Shown here: positions 11,389 to 24,846 of the stretch, in pieces
Layout of the letters: each line of letters begins with the position of its first letter
How positions within the stretch are numbered: the stretch's first letter is position 1
Assembly: GCF_004010195.1 (NCBI RefSeq)
Contig: NC_057717.1
Coordinates: 105,372,770-105,417,609, forward strand
From: Chiloscyllium plagiosum
Taxonomy: Eukaryota
DNA: 44,840 nucleotides
Reading direction: 5' to 3'
The notes under the pieces: generated by a model
Database searches by the model: none
What the model saw: the letters and a program-made list of their open reading frames with translations, nothing else
What the model was told of the DNA's origin: nothing
Position numbers and translations under genes: made by a program

Positions 11389-12099
11389 GTTAGCCTCCGC
11401 CCGGCCTCAGCCAGGGTCACCGGCCGCCGCTCAGGGACCCTCCGCCCGGGGATCGTGTTACTAGGAGAGGGGGGTGGGGGGGAATCTCGGGCCTAGTGTA
11501 GGAGGGCAGCAGCCGCAGCCGCAGCCTGGGCACGAGGGTTGACCCCTCAACATACTCTGTGCTGAGCTGGGATCCCTCACCTTGTGGCTGTGCGATAAAA
11601 CACTACAATGAAGTACTGCTTATTGTAAAAAAAAAGTTAATGCTAGATCAAACAGGACTAAATGTCTTAATTCATAAAGTTAAAAACCCTTCATAATGCA
11701 CAACACCTTGTTCATGTTTTAAAAGAGTGTGTTAACACATGAATCGGTGTACTAAACTTTACCGAAATCTTTCAAATGCTTACATTTTTTAAAGTTAAAT
11801 TCAGCAAATTTCTTGTGTATGATTGTTTCATAAACCCTTACTCTAAGGGAGAGCGAAAACGGTTCTGTTTAGTCACAAAAACAAGTGATTCAGTAGTTTG
11901 TGACATTGACGTGGATTGAAACAGATTGTGTGCCATCTTGCAGTTTTGGGCAAACTTTATTCTGTATTTATTTATAGGGCACTAAAGCCATATTTGCCAA
12001 GTGTAGATCAGTTTTCCCATTTGTTGTTTTGGGTAGATCAAGTTCTTTGATTTATTAGGTGAATGCAGTATATAGTATAACTAGATTATGCAATTTTTA

Positions 12100-12826
12100 T
12101 TCACTATTGGGATATGGACATCGCTGGCTGACCAGTGTTTTCTGCCCATATCTAGTTGCCCCTTGAGAAGGTGGTGGTGAGCTGCCTCCTTTAACTGTTG
12201 CCGTCCCTATGCTGTAAGTTGGCCCACAATGATATTAGGGTCGGAATTCCAGGATTTTTACCTAGTGACATTGAAGAAAAGGCAATATATTTCCAAGTCA
12301 GAATGATGAATGGCTTTGAGGGGAACTTGCAGGGGTGTATTCCTGCCCTTGTCCTTCTAGATGGAAGTGATCATGGGTTTAAAAAGCGCTGTCAAATGAT
12401 TTTTGGTGAATTTTTGCCGTGCATCTTGTAGATACTAACAGTCGTGTGTATTGAGTGTTAGTGGTGGAAGAAGTAGGTTTTTGTGGACATGGTTCCAATT
12501 AAGTGTGCAACTTTGAGCTGGATGGTGTAAAGCATCTTGAGTGTTGTTGGAACTGCGCTCATCCAGGTAAGTGGGGAGTATTTTCCCATCAACTCCTGAT
12601 TGGGCCATATGGATGATGGATAGGCTTTGGGAAGTCAGGTGGTGAGTTAATCGCTGCAGTGTTCCTAGGTTCTGACCTGTTCTTGTAGCCATTGTGTTTA
12701 TGTGGTGAGTCCAATTGAATTTCTGGTCAATGGTAACCTCCAGGATATTGATCTTGGGGGAATTCAATGATGGTAACATTATTGAACATCAAGGGGCGAT
12801 GGTTAGGTTGACTCTTATTGGAGATG
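12100..12826 (-). mobile_element. CR1/L2-group LINE 3' fragment
   Basis: The - strand ORF reads INILEVTIDQKFNWTHHINTMA..GQNLGTLQRL; the same 3' end occurs on + at about 15440-15655. Confidence 0.7.
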
Positions 12827-13510
12827 AGAGCTGAAAATGTGTTGCTGGAAAAGCACAGCAGGTCAGGCAGCATCCAAGGAACAGGAGAATCGATGTTTCG
12901 GGCATAAGCCCTTCAGGAATGAGGAAAGTGTGTCCAGCAGGCTAAGATAAAAGGTAGGGAGGAGGGACTTGGGGGAGAGGCGTTGGAATTGCGATAGGTG
13001 GAGGGAGGTCAAGGTGAGGGTGATAGGCCGGAGTGGGGTGGGGGCAGAGAGGTCAGGAAGAAGATTGCAGGTTAGGAAGGCGGTGCTGAGTTCGAGGGAT
13101 TTGACTGAGACAAGGTGGGGGGAGGGGAAATGAGGAAACTGGAGAAATCTGAGTTCATCCCTTGTGGTTGGAGGGTTTCCAGGCAGAAGATGAGGCCTCA
13201 ACACATCTATCCTAGGACAAGCCAAACAGAGACATGCACGAGAATTCCTAGAAGCGCGGCACTCCGGAACTCGATCAACAAACACGTTGACTTGGATCCC
13301 ATTTACCACCCCCTGAGAAAAAGAACATCACCAGGAAATGACATCACCAACCCAAGGAAACCTATACACACAAATAAAAAGTGGGCCATACCACCAGTGC
13401 TTCACCAGAGTCTCACTGATGATGTTACCTAGTATGATGATGAAACAGCTCAGCGAGCAAACCAAATCCAGAACCTCAACTTGAGCTACAAATCCTCTCA
13501 AAACTTGCTG
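12827..13510. mobile_element. PLE family A fragment (-, 12827-13198) joined to a PLE family B 3' end (+, 13199-13510)
   Basis: Similar to other copies in the window; defective hammerhead motifs near 12890-12918 (-) and at 13416 (+). Confidence 0.75.
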
Positions 13511-14409
13511 AAATAAATTATCACCAAATGACACTGTTTACATGTAAGGTCATCAGCAAAGCAGTAGAGAACAGTTCATACCAGAAATTTGATTCCTAAC
13601 CTTGTTTATTAGAAAAGTGGATAAGTAGTTTGCAAATTAAAGTTAAATGGTTTGATGAATGTTAGTAAATGGTCACCTGATTTAAAAGCTAAATAGTACA
13701 TTTTGTACAATATGTTGAAATAGTGATACTGTCGATGTAAAACTTAGTTAAAACATTGATTTTTGGCATGGACATATAGTGAGAGTTCTATTTTATAGGT
13801 ACAATTTGTACCAATTTCCAGTGGATTAGTTGATTCAACGGATGTACTTTTAAACAAGAGCAAGCATGCATTATTTTTAATACAGTGACTCTTGACAAGA
13901 GAGTTTAGAATTTTGATTAATTGACGTGTAAAAATATTCAGTTCAGCTTCCAAATTCCTTGCCTCCAATTGTGTACAGAATCTTTGTGTAAGACAAAGCC
14001 CTGGATGAGATGTAAACTTATTACTGCTTACAAAAGAAAATATATTTATTTCCTTACTGCAGAAAACCACACTGTTTCTGTTCTACATTCCTTTGTTATT
14101 ACGTTTAAGACTGAAATGTGAATCTGTAATCTGTGGGGCTTCTCTTTGTCTTAAACTCTGGTTGATTGGTCCATGAAACCTGAATAACTCCACTCTAACT
14201 CTGTGTGATTATCACCTTTTAACTCTGAACTTTGTAGTCACTTCATCAAAAGTAGTGTGCAACATTTTCTGTCTCTCAATCAGAGATTAATCTGAATAAG
14301 CAGTATTAATACAGTTGAAATAAAGTAATCCAGAAAAGCAGGAAAGAGCCAGTCACAACACATTGACATTTGTCATTTACGTGCTCATTTTAACTTTAGA
14401 ATGACATAA

Positions 14410-14619
<210 letters not shown>

Positions 14620-15875
14620 TGATTGGATAGTATATTGAGTTTCATAAAATTTGTGTAGTTTCATTCAGAAAAAAGAAGTGATGGCTTTGGTGTCCAACAC
14701 TGCCTCTGAAATCTTCAGGACGTTAAGCATTTCTTAAGAGGCTTTGTTTAACATTGTAATACATTGCAGTGCTGGGTATTGCAGATAGGAGTAGGTCTTT
14801 CAACCTTTACAACTCATTTAGTCGTTATATTAAATAATAGTGGACCTGTAACTCCATTCCACTTCCCTGCCTTTAATCAACATCATTGATAGGAGTGCGA
14901 CAATTTCCATTCAATTAACATCGACATCTTTTGAGGATGCAAGTTCAGCATTCTATTATCCTTTGTGTGAAAAGGTGTTTCCCTGATTACACACTTAAAT
15001 AGCCAAACTCTATTTTTAAGATTGTGCTCCCTAGATATGTATCTACTCACTGGATAAAATAGATTTTCTCAAACTGCATATTGAATCCAACATCATTTCA
15101 ACCACTTCAATTAGGTCACTCATCAACCTTCTAAATTCAAGGCAGTGCAAGGTATACTTGCACAACCTTTGCTATAATTCAACCCTATTATGCTTGGTAT
15201 GCTGGCGAATCTGCACTATACACACCCTAAGACTAATTTGTTTACTACTTGGTGTAGGAGCCAAAACTAAAGACAGGCCAATTTTGCTGTATGACTGAGG
15301 TGTAACTTCCTCTATTTTGTAGTCCACACTGACAAACAACCTTCGATGGCCTTTGCACTAGCTTTTAATAATTTATGTTCCTGAAGATGGTTTTGATCCT
15401 CCACAGCTCCTTGTCTTCCAGGAAGAAATTGTTCAGATACATAGAAATACCACCACCCGCAAATTCCCCTTCAGCCATTCACTATCCTGACTTGGAAGTA
15501 TATCGCTATGTCACTGGGACAATCTCCTGCCCCCTCCCTAACAGCACTATGGGTCTGCCTACACCAAATGGATATTTCAAGAAGACAGTTCATCATCTTC
15601 TGGAGGGCATTTGGGAATAGGTAATAAATACTGACCTGGCCAATTACATCCCCATAGGAACTGGTGTAGGCCAATCAGCCCCTTGAACGTGTTTCACCAT
15701 TCAATTAGATCATGGCTGATCTACGGCCTAACTCATGTACCTGCCTTTGGCCATATCCCTTAATACCTTTGCCTAACAAAAATGTATCTATCTCAGATTT
15801 AAAATTAACAACTGATCCAACATCCACTACCAAACATCTACCATCCTTTGTTTGCTTCCTCATAGAGCTGTACAG

Positions 15876-16462
15876 TATATTTCCCTCCCCTCCCCTATCA
15901 GCATTCCGTATATATTTCCCTCCCCTCCCCTATCAGCATTCCGTAAAGACCACTCCCTCCGTGACTCTCTCGTCAGATCCACACCACCCACCAACCCAAC
16001 CTCCACTCCCAGCACCTTCCCCTGCAACCGCAGGATGTGCAAGACTTGCGCCCACACCTCCTGTGAGAAACAAAGCTCACTCACTTCAATAATTTCAGTC
16101 CGAGACAAAAATCTGAAGCAGTAGTGTCATTTATTTGTACACTTGCAAGTCACAAGGAAGGGACAAAACACACACCGAATTCGACAAACGCTCGATATTT
16201 ATATAATTTGGCTTCTTTTGTTCTTCAGGAATGAGGAAAGTTTGTCTAGCAGGCTAAGATAAAAGGTAGGGAGGATGGACTTGGAGGGGCTTTGGAAATG
16301 CGATAAAAGTCCCTCCCCCAAGTCCCTCCTCCCTATCTTTTATCTTAGCCTGCTGGACAAACTTTCCTCATTCCTGAAGAAGGGCTTATGCCCGAAACGT
16401 CGATTCTCCTGTTCCCTGGATGCTGCCTGACTTGCTGCGCTTTTCCAGCAACACATTTTCAG
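15876..16462 (+). mobile_element. PLE family A pieces with an inverted terminal repeat (about 16223-16462) and an embedded LTR 3' fragment (-, 16062 to about 16222)
   Basis: SAFRKDHSLRDSLVRS...TFPCNRRMCKTCAH Cys linker; intact hammerhead at 16374; 16062-16140 is the reverse complement of sequence similar to the 3' end of the LTR at 9680-10273. Confidence 0.75.
16370..16405 (+). ncRNA. Minimal type I hammerhead ribozyme motif, family A (sense strand of intron 2)
   Basis: CTGAAGA (16374-16380), A, GGGC/TTAT/GCCC, GAAA, CGTC with palindromic ACGT. Confidence 0.75.
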
Positions 16463-16463
16463 C

Positions 16464-16775
16464 ATGGAAACAGACCTTTTGGTCCAACTCATCCATGCTG
16501 ACCAGATAATCTAAGTTAATCTAGTCCCATTTGCCAGCATTTGGCTCATATCCCTTCCTATTCATATATCTATCCAAATGCCTTTTAAATGTTGTAATTG
16601 TACCAGCCTCCACCGCTTCCTCTGGCAGCTCATTCCATACACTCACCACCCTCTGCATGGAAAAGGTTGCTCATTAGGTCCCTTTTAAATCTTTCCCCTC
16701 TCACCTATGCCCTCTAGTTATGTACTCCCCTACCCTGGGGGAAAAACCTTGACCATTCACCCTAACTATGTCCCT
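16464..16775 (-). mobile_element. CR1/HER1-type LINE 3' fragment
   Basis: Same family as 4487-5038. Confidence 0.8.
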
Positions 16776-17889
16776 ATCATCTCCTCTGAATGGTCTAGGC
16801 CTAATTATCAGACTATGCCCTGATTCTAGAATCCCCAATCAGTGGAAATAGTTTACCTGCATATAGCCTGTCTTTTCCTGTAAATTGTCTTTTCCTGTTA
16901 ATATCTTAAAATCTTAATCAGGTCACCCTTTAGCCTTCTAAGTTCTAGAGAAAATAGGTCTAATTTATATAATCTCTCCTCCAAGTTTAACCCCAGAAGT
17001 ACAGGTCTCATTCCATAATTGAATAAGAAAAAGTATTTCTTCAATTTAAGGTGAACAACAGTTTGTTTTTGTTCTGTATTTGAATAGGCTTGGTGAGCTG
17101 TGCTGGTTTTCTGATATGCATTTTTCTCTAGAACAAAGATCTCAGAAATACCTTTAATAGGATCTTATAAGCTTTACAGGAAAGCTTTCTTTGGTTTCAA
17201 TTTAATTTTGTGGGCAGGAGATAACTCTTGCTCATCTTCAACTTAAGCAGTTTCTAGTGAAGTCATATATAACTCATTGCATGTCTGAACAGGATCAGTA
17301 AACACAGATCAGGGACTGAACCTCAGATATTTCAGATCTGCATGGCTCATCACTGGACATCAAACGGTGAATTTACCTAAGAAATATCTTCATTTGTTAT
17401 GGAAATGTTGACTCTTGTTCATAATCTGATAGGGAAATGTCTAGAAATGGGCAGCTGTTAGGTAGAAGTGTGTTCCAGGAGAAAAATATCTTGTAACAGG
17501 AGAGAAGAGAATGAAATATTTGGATGAGTAACATCATAAGATTCAAATGTTTTCCTAACATGAAATATCTGAAAGTTTGGCAAATAGGATAATAATATGC
17601 ATTAAACAAAAATATCAGAAGGAATTGACTCAGGAAAAGATAAGTCAGACATGGTGATGAGGTAAATTTTAGAAGGAAAAAAGGCCAAATGATGGAAAGA
17701 ATAACTGTTTGTCAAAGGAACATCAGTCAAAGTGATTGTGGGGAAGTGGTTTGGAGGGCATTTTTTAGTTTATTTTAGGTTTCCCCTTTTACCTCAGGGA
17801 CTACCTTTTCATTCTCCCATGCTACTTTTATTAACTGACGCAAAGTAACATAAGCTTCTGTAATTATGTATTGTTTTAAAAAAGACAGT

Positions 17890-18845
17890 TGGGTCTGCAG
17901 ACTGAAAAGTCCCTGGCTTCTAATGGACTTCATCCTCGGATCTTAAAAGAAGTGCCCTGTTAGATCGTGGCAATATTAATTCTTCTTTTCCAAAATTCCA
18001 AAGATTTGGGGAAAGTTCCATAATTGGAAAATAGCACATTAACTCTTTTATTCAAAATAAAACAGGAGGGAAGCAGAAAATGTATTATTATCTATTTGGC
18101 AGGAAGAATGAAAATGAAACATATTATTCAAATGGTGAGATATTACAGATATCTGAGGTGCAGAAGAACCTGAGTATCCTCATGCATGAGTAGCAAAACA
18201 GTTTGCAGGTATAACCAGTAAATAGGAAAGCTAGCACAATGTTATAACTTATTGCAAGGGGATTTGAGTACAAAAGTATGGAAGCTATGCTTCAGGTATA
18301 CAGGGCATTGATGAGACCGTATCTGGAATATTGTGTACAGCATTAATCACCATTTTTAAGAAAGGAAATCAATGCATTGAAAGCGGTTCAGAGAAGGTTT
18401 CAGACTAATGCCTAGAGCAAGTAAGTTTTCTTATGTAGAAAGTTTGGACAGGTTAGGTTTGTATCTACTGGACTTTAAGGGGTGACTTGATTAAAACATA
18501 CAAGATCTTGAGGGTCTTAATAGAGCATAATGTGGAAAGGATATTATTCTTTCTTGAGAGAATTCAGAACTAGGGGGTTACGATTTGAAAATGTGGCATC
18601 ACCCACTTGAGAGATGAGGCATTTTCTTTTTCTTTCACAGTTTTGAAGGCTCTTTGGAATTCTGTTCCTTGAAAGATGGTGAAAGCAGAATTGTTGAATA
18701 TTTTTAAGGCCGTGGTGGATAGCTTCTTCGTAACCAAGGTTATAGGGAGGAAGCTGGAGTTAAATTGTGGTGGTACTTGGATTAACCATGTCATTATTAA
18801 ATGGCAGAACATACTTTAGGTACCGTGGCATACTTCTGTTCCCAA
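17890..18845 (+). mobile_element. Decayed CR1 LINE RT/3' fragment
   Basis: Remnant of the LYRALMRPYLEYCVQ motif near 18290-18340 and a CR1-type 3' UTR. Confidence 0.75.
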
Positions 18846-19730
18846 CTCTTTAATATTTAAGTTTTGTGCTAACAAAAGATCTCTCTATTTGTGTGGACTC
18901 TATCTCAAGAAGAATTAGAAATTATCAACATTCTCAATTATTGTTAAATCTGTTAAACTTTAAACCACAACACACAGAGACAGCATTAATTTCATAGATA
19001 CCACAGTATTTACATTGACACAACAAGACATAAGTTAGCAACAAAAGGTTTTTTTTTCATGATAATGTTTAATTCTTTTGTGCATGTGACCAGAAAGGGG
19101 TGGAACTTCAAACGTGTCTTTTGCTAGAACTTGCCAGTTTTCATCATGCCTCGAATGTTTGGCAGAAGATGAAGTATTTGTCATAATGAGTAGAGAATGA
19201 GTGATCAACATCTAGAGCCCTCTAGAAATAGCTTTCTTTATATTTCTGATGGTTGAGAAATCTGGAGATCAAGAGAGAGAGAACTTGGATGACGAATCTT
19301 TAATTTGCTGTATTATGTACACTTTTAAGAACCACCTCATTCAAAATGGTATTGTGAGATTCCAGTTAATCTTGCAGGTGTCAGTGAAGGGTTTTCCAGA
19401 TGTACAACAAAAATATCCATTTTCTACAAGAATTTGAAGTTTTTTTCAGTCATCTGAGTGGTTCACCTGTAGAATGCATCACATGTAAACAACACCATTC
19501 AAGAGGAGTTTCTGTTTGCTCAGTATGGTGCACATCTCCCCAAGAGAGCACACTGCACTAATGTTAGAAAGCTGGGTGCAAATTGACAACACTCAAAGTG
19601 AGATGTCACCTATAATTTTGCACTAGCTAAAGCAGTTCATTTGCATGGAGTATTCGTTAGCTTCCTGCTTTTTATCCAGCTGGGATCACCATTCCCTATT
19701 GAAGATGGGCTGACAGGAAGATTTTTTTTG

Positions 19731-20039
19731 AGAGATTATCTATAGTGTGGACACAGGCCATTTGGCCCAACAAGTCCACACCGATCCTCCAAAGAGTAAT
19801 CCAGACCCATTTTCCTGTGACTAATGCACCTAACACTATGGGCTATTTAGTATGGCCAGTTCATCTGACCTGCACATCTTTGGGTTGAGGGAGAAAACTG
19901 GAGCACCCAGAGGAAACCCACGCAGACACGGAGAATGTGCAAACTCCAAACAGACAGTCAGTCATCTGAGGCGGGAATTGAACCAGGGTCCCTTGTGCTG
20001 TGAGGCAGCATTGCTAACCACTGAGCCACCATGCCGCCC
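19731..20039 (-). mobile_element. tRNA-derived SINE (HE1-like)
   Basis: The - strand carries A box TGGCTCAGTGG and B box GGTTCAATTCC; body shared with the other SINE copies. Confidence 0.85.
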
Positions 20040-20878
20040 TAGATTTGAAGCTAATATCAAGAAGACTAGCTCCAATAACAGGTCCAGCATTCCATGTTCT
20101 TTTAATAAACCAGGTAGCTTGGTCAATCGCTTGCAGTTATCTGAAATACTTGACTAGCTCAGAATTCTGCCACAGGTTGATCTCCTGTTGCCAAGCATGT
20201 TAAAGCTGGTGAGCCAGAAGAGATTGTGATAATTACCATGAAGGGGAATTCTGATATAATTTCCTACATATCTATTTGCTTTCATGCACTGTGGCTGTGA
20301 TTGTGGGCAGTAAAGTCCAGTCATGTCCAGGATTTTAAATTTTTTCAGTATTTTTTAGCTTTAGCCCAAAGACGTGATGCTGAGAAACTTGACACATCAG
20401 CAGTGCTCTCTGAGAAGTGTGAAACAGATTTGTAAGGAAATTCAATGTAACTTGGGTTTCACCTTTTTGACTGAATGAACACAAATAGATCAGTGGGTAT
20501 ATCAGCTTGGTCCTGAGAGAGATGATACATCCATGAAATGAACATAGCACAATCCCATGTTTGTGTGAGCATACCACTCTGCTGATGTCTGCAGTTTAGT
20601 TAGCACTCGTACTTAGCAATCACTACTCTGTGCTGTTCTGTGTTTGCTGAACCTGCAAGTCAGACTCTGGTCTATGCTCTGTGCCTACAGGACGAAATGA
20701 GAGAGATCTGAAATCAAATCAATCTGCACAGATAGATGTAAGTGTGAAATTAGTGTTACGGTATCAGTCAAGCATCTGACAGGCAGAGGATGGAGTTTGC
20801 TATGGGAGTGTTCTGATAAAATATAGTTACATGAGTTTAAATTGCAGCAACTTCAAGGAAATGGTCATGTGAAAGCAT

Positions 20879-21108
20879 GATTCGGAGATGCCGGTGTTGA
20901 CCTGGGGTGTACAAAGTTAAAAATCACACAACACCAGGTTATAGTCCAACAGGTTTAATTAGAAGCACACTCGCTTTCGGAGCAACGCTCCTTCATCAGG
21001 TGATTGTGTCAGGTGACAATCACCTGATGAAGGAGCGTCGCTCCGAAAGCGAGTGTGCTTCTAATTAAACCTGTTGGACTATAACCTGGTGTTGTGTGAT
21101 TTTTAACT
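20879..21108. mobile_element. 230-bp palindromic PLE-derived element (family C): 93-bp inverted arms, each with a hammerhead-like core
   Basis: 12-bp TSD ATGTGAAAGCAT at 20867-20878 and 21109-21120; arms at 20915-21007 and 21016-21108 differ at one position. Confidence 0.9.
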
Positions 21109-21339
21109 ATGTGAAAGCATAGTAGCCTCTGTTGTAACCCCAACCAATTCTCATAAGCACAGTTTGCAATCACTGATTGCAAACTAGATATGTCTAGTTC
21201 ATAACGGAAGCTGAGTGTTGAGTGATTTAAGATTGGCGATGATTAATTATGTACTTTTTGGTGTGTTCTCTCCATTTTGTCTTTACAGAGATAGTTTATG
21301 GAGATAAGTGGGCCACAGGTTAGGTGGTCTACCATTACA

Positions 21340-22265
21340 AGTTAGTACGTTTGCCAATGACATAAAAGTTGGTGGAGTGGTGGATAGTGTAGAGGGCTGT
21401 TGTAGGCTACAACAGGACATTGACATGATGCAGAACTGGCCTGATAAGTGGCAGATGGAATTCAAGCAGAACTGGCCTGATAAGTGGCAGATGGAATTCA
21501 ACCTGGAAAAGTATGAAGTGATTCACTTTGGAAGGTCGAATTTGAATGCAGAATACAGGGTTAAAGGGAGGATTCTTGGCAGTGTTGAGGAACAGTGGGA
21601 TCTTGGGGTCCATGTCTATAGATCCCTCAAAGTTGCCACCCAGATTGATAGGGTTGTCACGCAGGTGTATGGTGTGTTGCCTTTCATTTGCAGGGTGATT
21701 GAGTTTAAGAACTGCAAGGTTATGCTGCAGCTGGAAAGAGCCCTGGTTAGAACACACTTGGAATATTGTGTTCAGGTCTGGTCACCTCTGGAAGCTTTAG
21801 AGAGAGTGTAGAGGAGATTTACCAGAATGCTGCCTGGACTGGAAGGTATTTCTTATGAAGAAAGATTGAGGGAGCTAGGGCTTTTCGCATTGGAGCAAAG
21901 AAGGATAAGAGGTGACTTGATAGAGGTGTACAAGATGATAAGAGCCATAGATAGAGTGGATGGCCAGAGACTTTTTCCCATGGTGGTAATGTCTATCACG
22001 AAGGGACATAATTTTAAGGTGATTGGAGGAAGGTTTAAGGGAGATGTCAGAGGTAGATTCTTTACACAGAGTATGGATGCGTGGAATGCACTACCGGCAG
22101 TGGGTGGAGAGTCAGATACATAAGGAACATTTAAGCAACTCTTGGGTAGGCACATGGAAGATGGTACAATGAAGGGTATATAGGTTAGTTTGAGCTTAGA
22201 GCAGGATGAAATGTTGGGACAACATCGAGGGCCAAAGGGCCTGTACTGTACTGATCTATGTTCTA
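21340..22265 (+). mobile_element. CR1 LINE RT C-terminus and 3' UTR with an internal 36-bp tandem duplication (21430-21501)
   Basis: FANDIKVGG...LQQDID...WQMEFN..K..VIHFG, LEYCVQVWSP and LEQRRIRGDLIEVYK motifs. Confidence 0.92.
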
Positions 22266-22439
22266 CAAAAATACCGTATGGTTAAAAGAATTTGAGCTTC
22301 AAAATCAAGTATTGTCCTTTTCTTAACATTTGCTATATCTTTTGGTATTTAGTGCAAGTTGAAAATTATCCTGAAAGTGTCAGCTTTTGGATAATTTTAA
22401 CACTGACTTTCTTTTTAACATCAGTTTTTTTGTTTACAG

Positions 22440-22516
22440 GTGGTTGCATCCTGGTGCTGAGTCGGAAGTTTGTGCCTTATGCTTGCTGTGGTTTATTTGT
22501 ACTCATTGCTATGCAG
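22440..22516 (+). CDS. SURF4: SURF4-family coding exon 3 (GGCILVLSRKFVPYACCGLFVLIAMQ)
   Basis: Acceptor ttttttgtttacag, donor CAG|GTAAGT, 77 nt; in frame with exon 2. Confidence 0.96.
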
Positions 22517-23601
22517 GTAAGTTCCAGGCATACAAAGAAACTGTTCTTTTACTCCTGAATTGCATAAACGCCAATTTGCAATTTTCCATCATCCCTGTTC
22601 TTTCTTCCCTGCTGGGAAGGCTAATGTTTGTGCTGGATCTATCTCACTGTGAATAGTCTGCAATTAGTAACTCGATATATGGGTACTGTGGTATTAACTC
22701 ATGATCCATTCCTATAGACAAGATAGTAATTGTACTCAGAGGCCTTTATTAATCTTCTGTTACCACCCCTATCATATCCACCTTGAAATAACTTGAATCT
22801 TCACATTTAATCTGCTTACATTGACTTTCTTTATGTGTGCTGCCTGTAGTAGTGCATTGCTGCCCTCTGGGGAGGGTGCAATGAATGCAATTTGGGTCAA
22901 TAGCTCTCTATTCCACCTCTTAATACTGCACACCCTTTCCATTCACCAAACAGGCTGTAGCACACTGTTACTTGTCCACCGTTTTGAATTCTTATCTCCC
23001 TGCTGAGTTTCTTCTTGCTTGGTGTATAGTTGATGCTGCTTTTCCCATCTCCAAAGCAATGGCAAGAGATTGACAAATACCCAAAACCTAAATAAAGGCT
23101 GGAACCATGGTAACTTTCAAATGCTGGTACTTAGCTTAAAATGCACTTACTCCAAAGCAGTATAACTGAGCTGAGCAGCATACTGTGAGAATAACCTCTG
23201 TTCCACACTCTGAAGTCAGGATGAATCAGAGGAATGGGTTTTTATTTCTGTTTGGTTAACCATCAACTGGCGTATATAAATTTAAGATCATTGGAAGAAC
23301 AGTGTGGGAGTGTAAGAGAGAATTTTTAAAATATTTGACAAATTATGAAAACATAAAACCAGAACCCTGCCAGAAATGGTGTTGGAAGCACAATCTCCAG
23401 TCTTCTAAAAGAGAACTGGATAATAATTGATGAGAAAAGGTATATGCTTTTCAGAAAAGGAAAGGAGAATGGGTTGAAGGCACTCTCACAGTCTCATGAG
23501 TCAGAGGACTACTTCCTGTGCTGTCATAATCCGATTCAGTCATCTAGACTGTTGTGGTTTCAGGAAAATAATGACTTGTTTGTTATGATTTTTCTTTTCA
23601 G

Positions 23602-23645
23602 ACTGTTGCATACAGTATTCTCTGGGACCTTAAATTCCTTATGAG
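23602..23645 (+). CDS. SURF4: SURF4-family coding exon 4 (TVAYSILWDLKFLMR)
   Basis: Acceptor tttttcttttcag, donor AG|GTATGT, 44 nt; AYSILWDLKFLMR motif. Confidence 0.96.
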
Positions 23646-24244
23646 GTATGTCAATCTGAGTTATTGCTGTACTGAAAATTAACGTACAGGAGTGAAAAGA
23701 ATTTCTGATCATTTCTTGGGCTGCTAAAATGAAAACTTTAGCTTTGAGGCTTTAACATAGTTCATTCACCCTTTGCTCAAAACTGTAAGCATGGGTTAGA
23801 GTGACTTTTATGTGTGAACAAGAATGTGTAGACATAAAAATCCTTTTAAATCTCTCCTTTCTTTCGAGAGAATTTGTGAAAAAAGAAATTTTGATTAGAT
23901 ATCTTTGAATTTATTCTAGTTTGTCCTGTATACAGTACATATACAGAAAGTCCTCACAGAGTTGTGATTGCATAATTGAAAATCATAACTGAAACTACTT
24001 CAATCAAACGTTCACATAGAAATTGATGTTAATGTCAAAGTTGGGTCTCTTTGGACATTTGTGCCCAGGGGAATAACACAGCAAATTGAAATACTGTACC
24101 ACATATGTACAGCACTGCATTTCTAGATGAAGTAAAACAAAATTCTCCACCATAAAAGAAATACAGTATACTATATCCCTCTGTAAAATACAGTATTTTT
24201 AAATATATTTTTAAGAAGGGCCTGTTTTGGTTTGTGCAGTATGA

Positions 24245-24372
24245 CTGATGAAGGGCTTATGCCCGAAACATCGATTCTCCTGCTCCTCAGAGCTGCCTGA
24301 CCTGCTCTGCTTTTCCAGTGCCACACTTTTCAACTCTGATTTCCACCATCTGCAGTCCTTGCTTTCTCCTAA
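24245..24372 (+). mobile_element. Short PLE family A terminal fragment starting at the hammerhead core
   Basis: CTGATGA-A-GGGC-TTAT-GCCC-GAAA-CATC followed by the family A 3' tail. Confidence 0.85.
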
Positions 24373-24444
24373 CTAAAGAAACTTAGCTGCATTTTTAGAT
24401 TGGACTCTACCTAGTGCCAGATGTGTCAATGTAAGGAAATGCAG

Positions 24445-24846
24445 CACCCCTGCACTTTACCTGAATGCTCGTAACATTCATAACAAAGCAGACGAACTAA
24501 TGGCACAGATCATCGTGAATGATTATGATGTGGTAGGCATCACAGAGACGTGGTTACAGGGGGGTCAGGACTGGCAGTTAAACATACAAGGGTTTTCAAT
24601 TTATCGAAAAGACAGGGAGGTGGGCAGAGGGGGCGGGGTTGCCTTGTTAGTTAAGAACAAAATTAAATCTATGGTGCTGAATGACATAGCGTCGGATGAT
24701 GTGGAGTCTGTGTGGGTGGAATTGAGGAACCACAAAGGCAAAAAAACCATAATGGGAGTTATGTACAGACCTCCTAACAGTGGTCAGGACCAGGGACGCA
24801 ACATGTACCGGGAAATAGAGAAGGCATGACAGAAAGGCAAGGTCAC
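24445..24846 (+). mobile_element. CR1 LINE ORF2 apurinic-endonuclease N-terminus, running into the gap
   Basis: LNARNIHNKADEL...DVVGITETWL...RKDR..GRGGGVALLV...GVMYRPP. Confidence 0.9.

Larger units (their letters stand above)
10940..11560 (+). promoter_or_regulatory. CpG island / promoter of the SURF4-family gene
   Basis: Sharp rise in GC and CpG around exon 1; repeated TTTCGCGTCCGC motifs; GACGTGGCA at 11250-11258; GC-rich CCCCGCCCC near 11306. Confidence 0.85.

Noticed and set aside
10864..11496. Six overlapping ORFs of 71-142 aa over the first CpG island
   Set aside because: Low-complexity Pro/Arg/Gly translations caused by GC richness and the 36-bp repeat; only 11338-11388 has homology and a splice donor.
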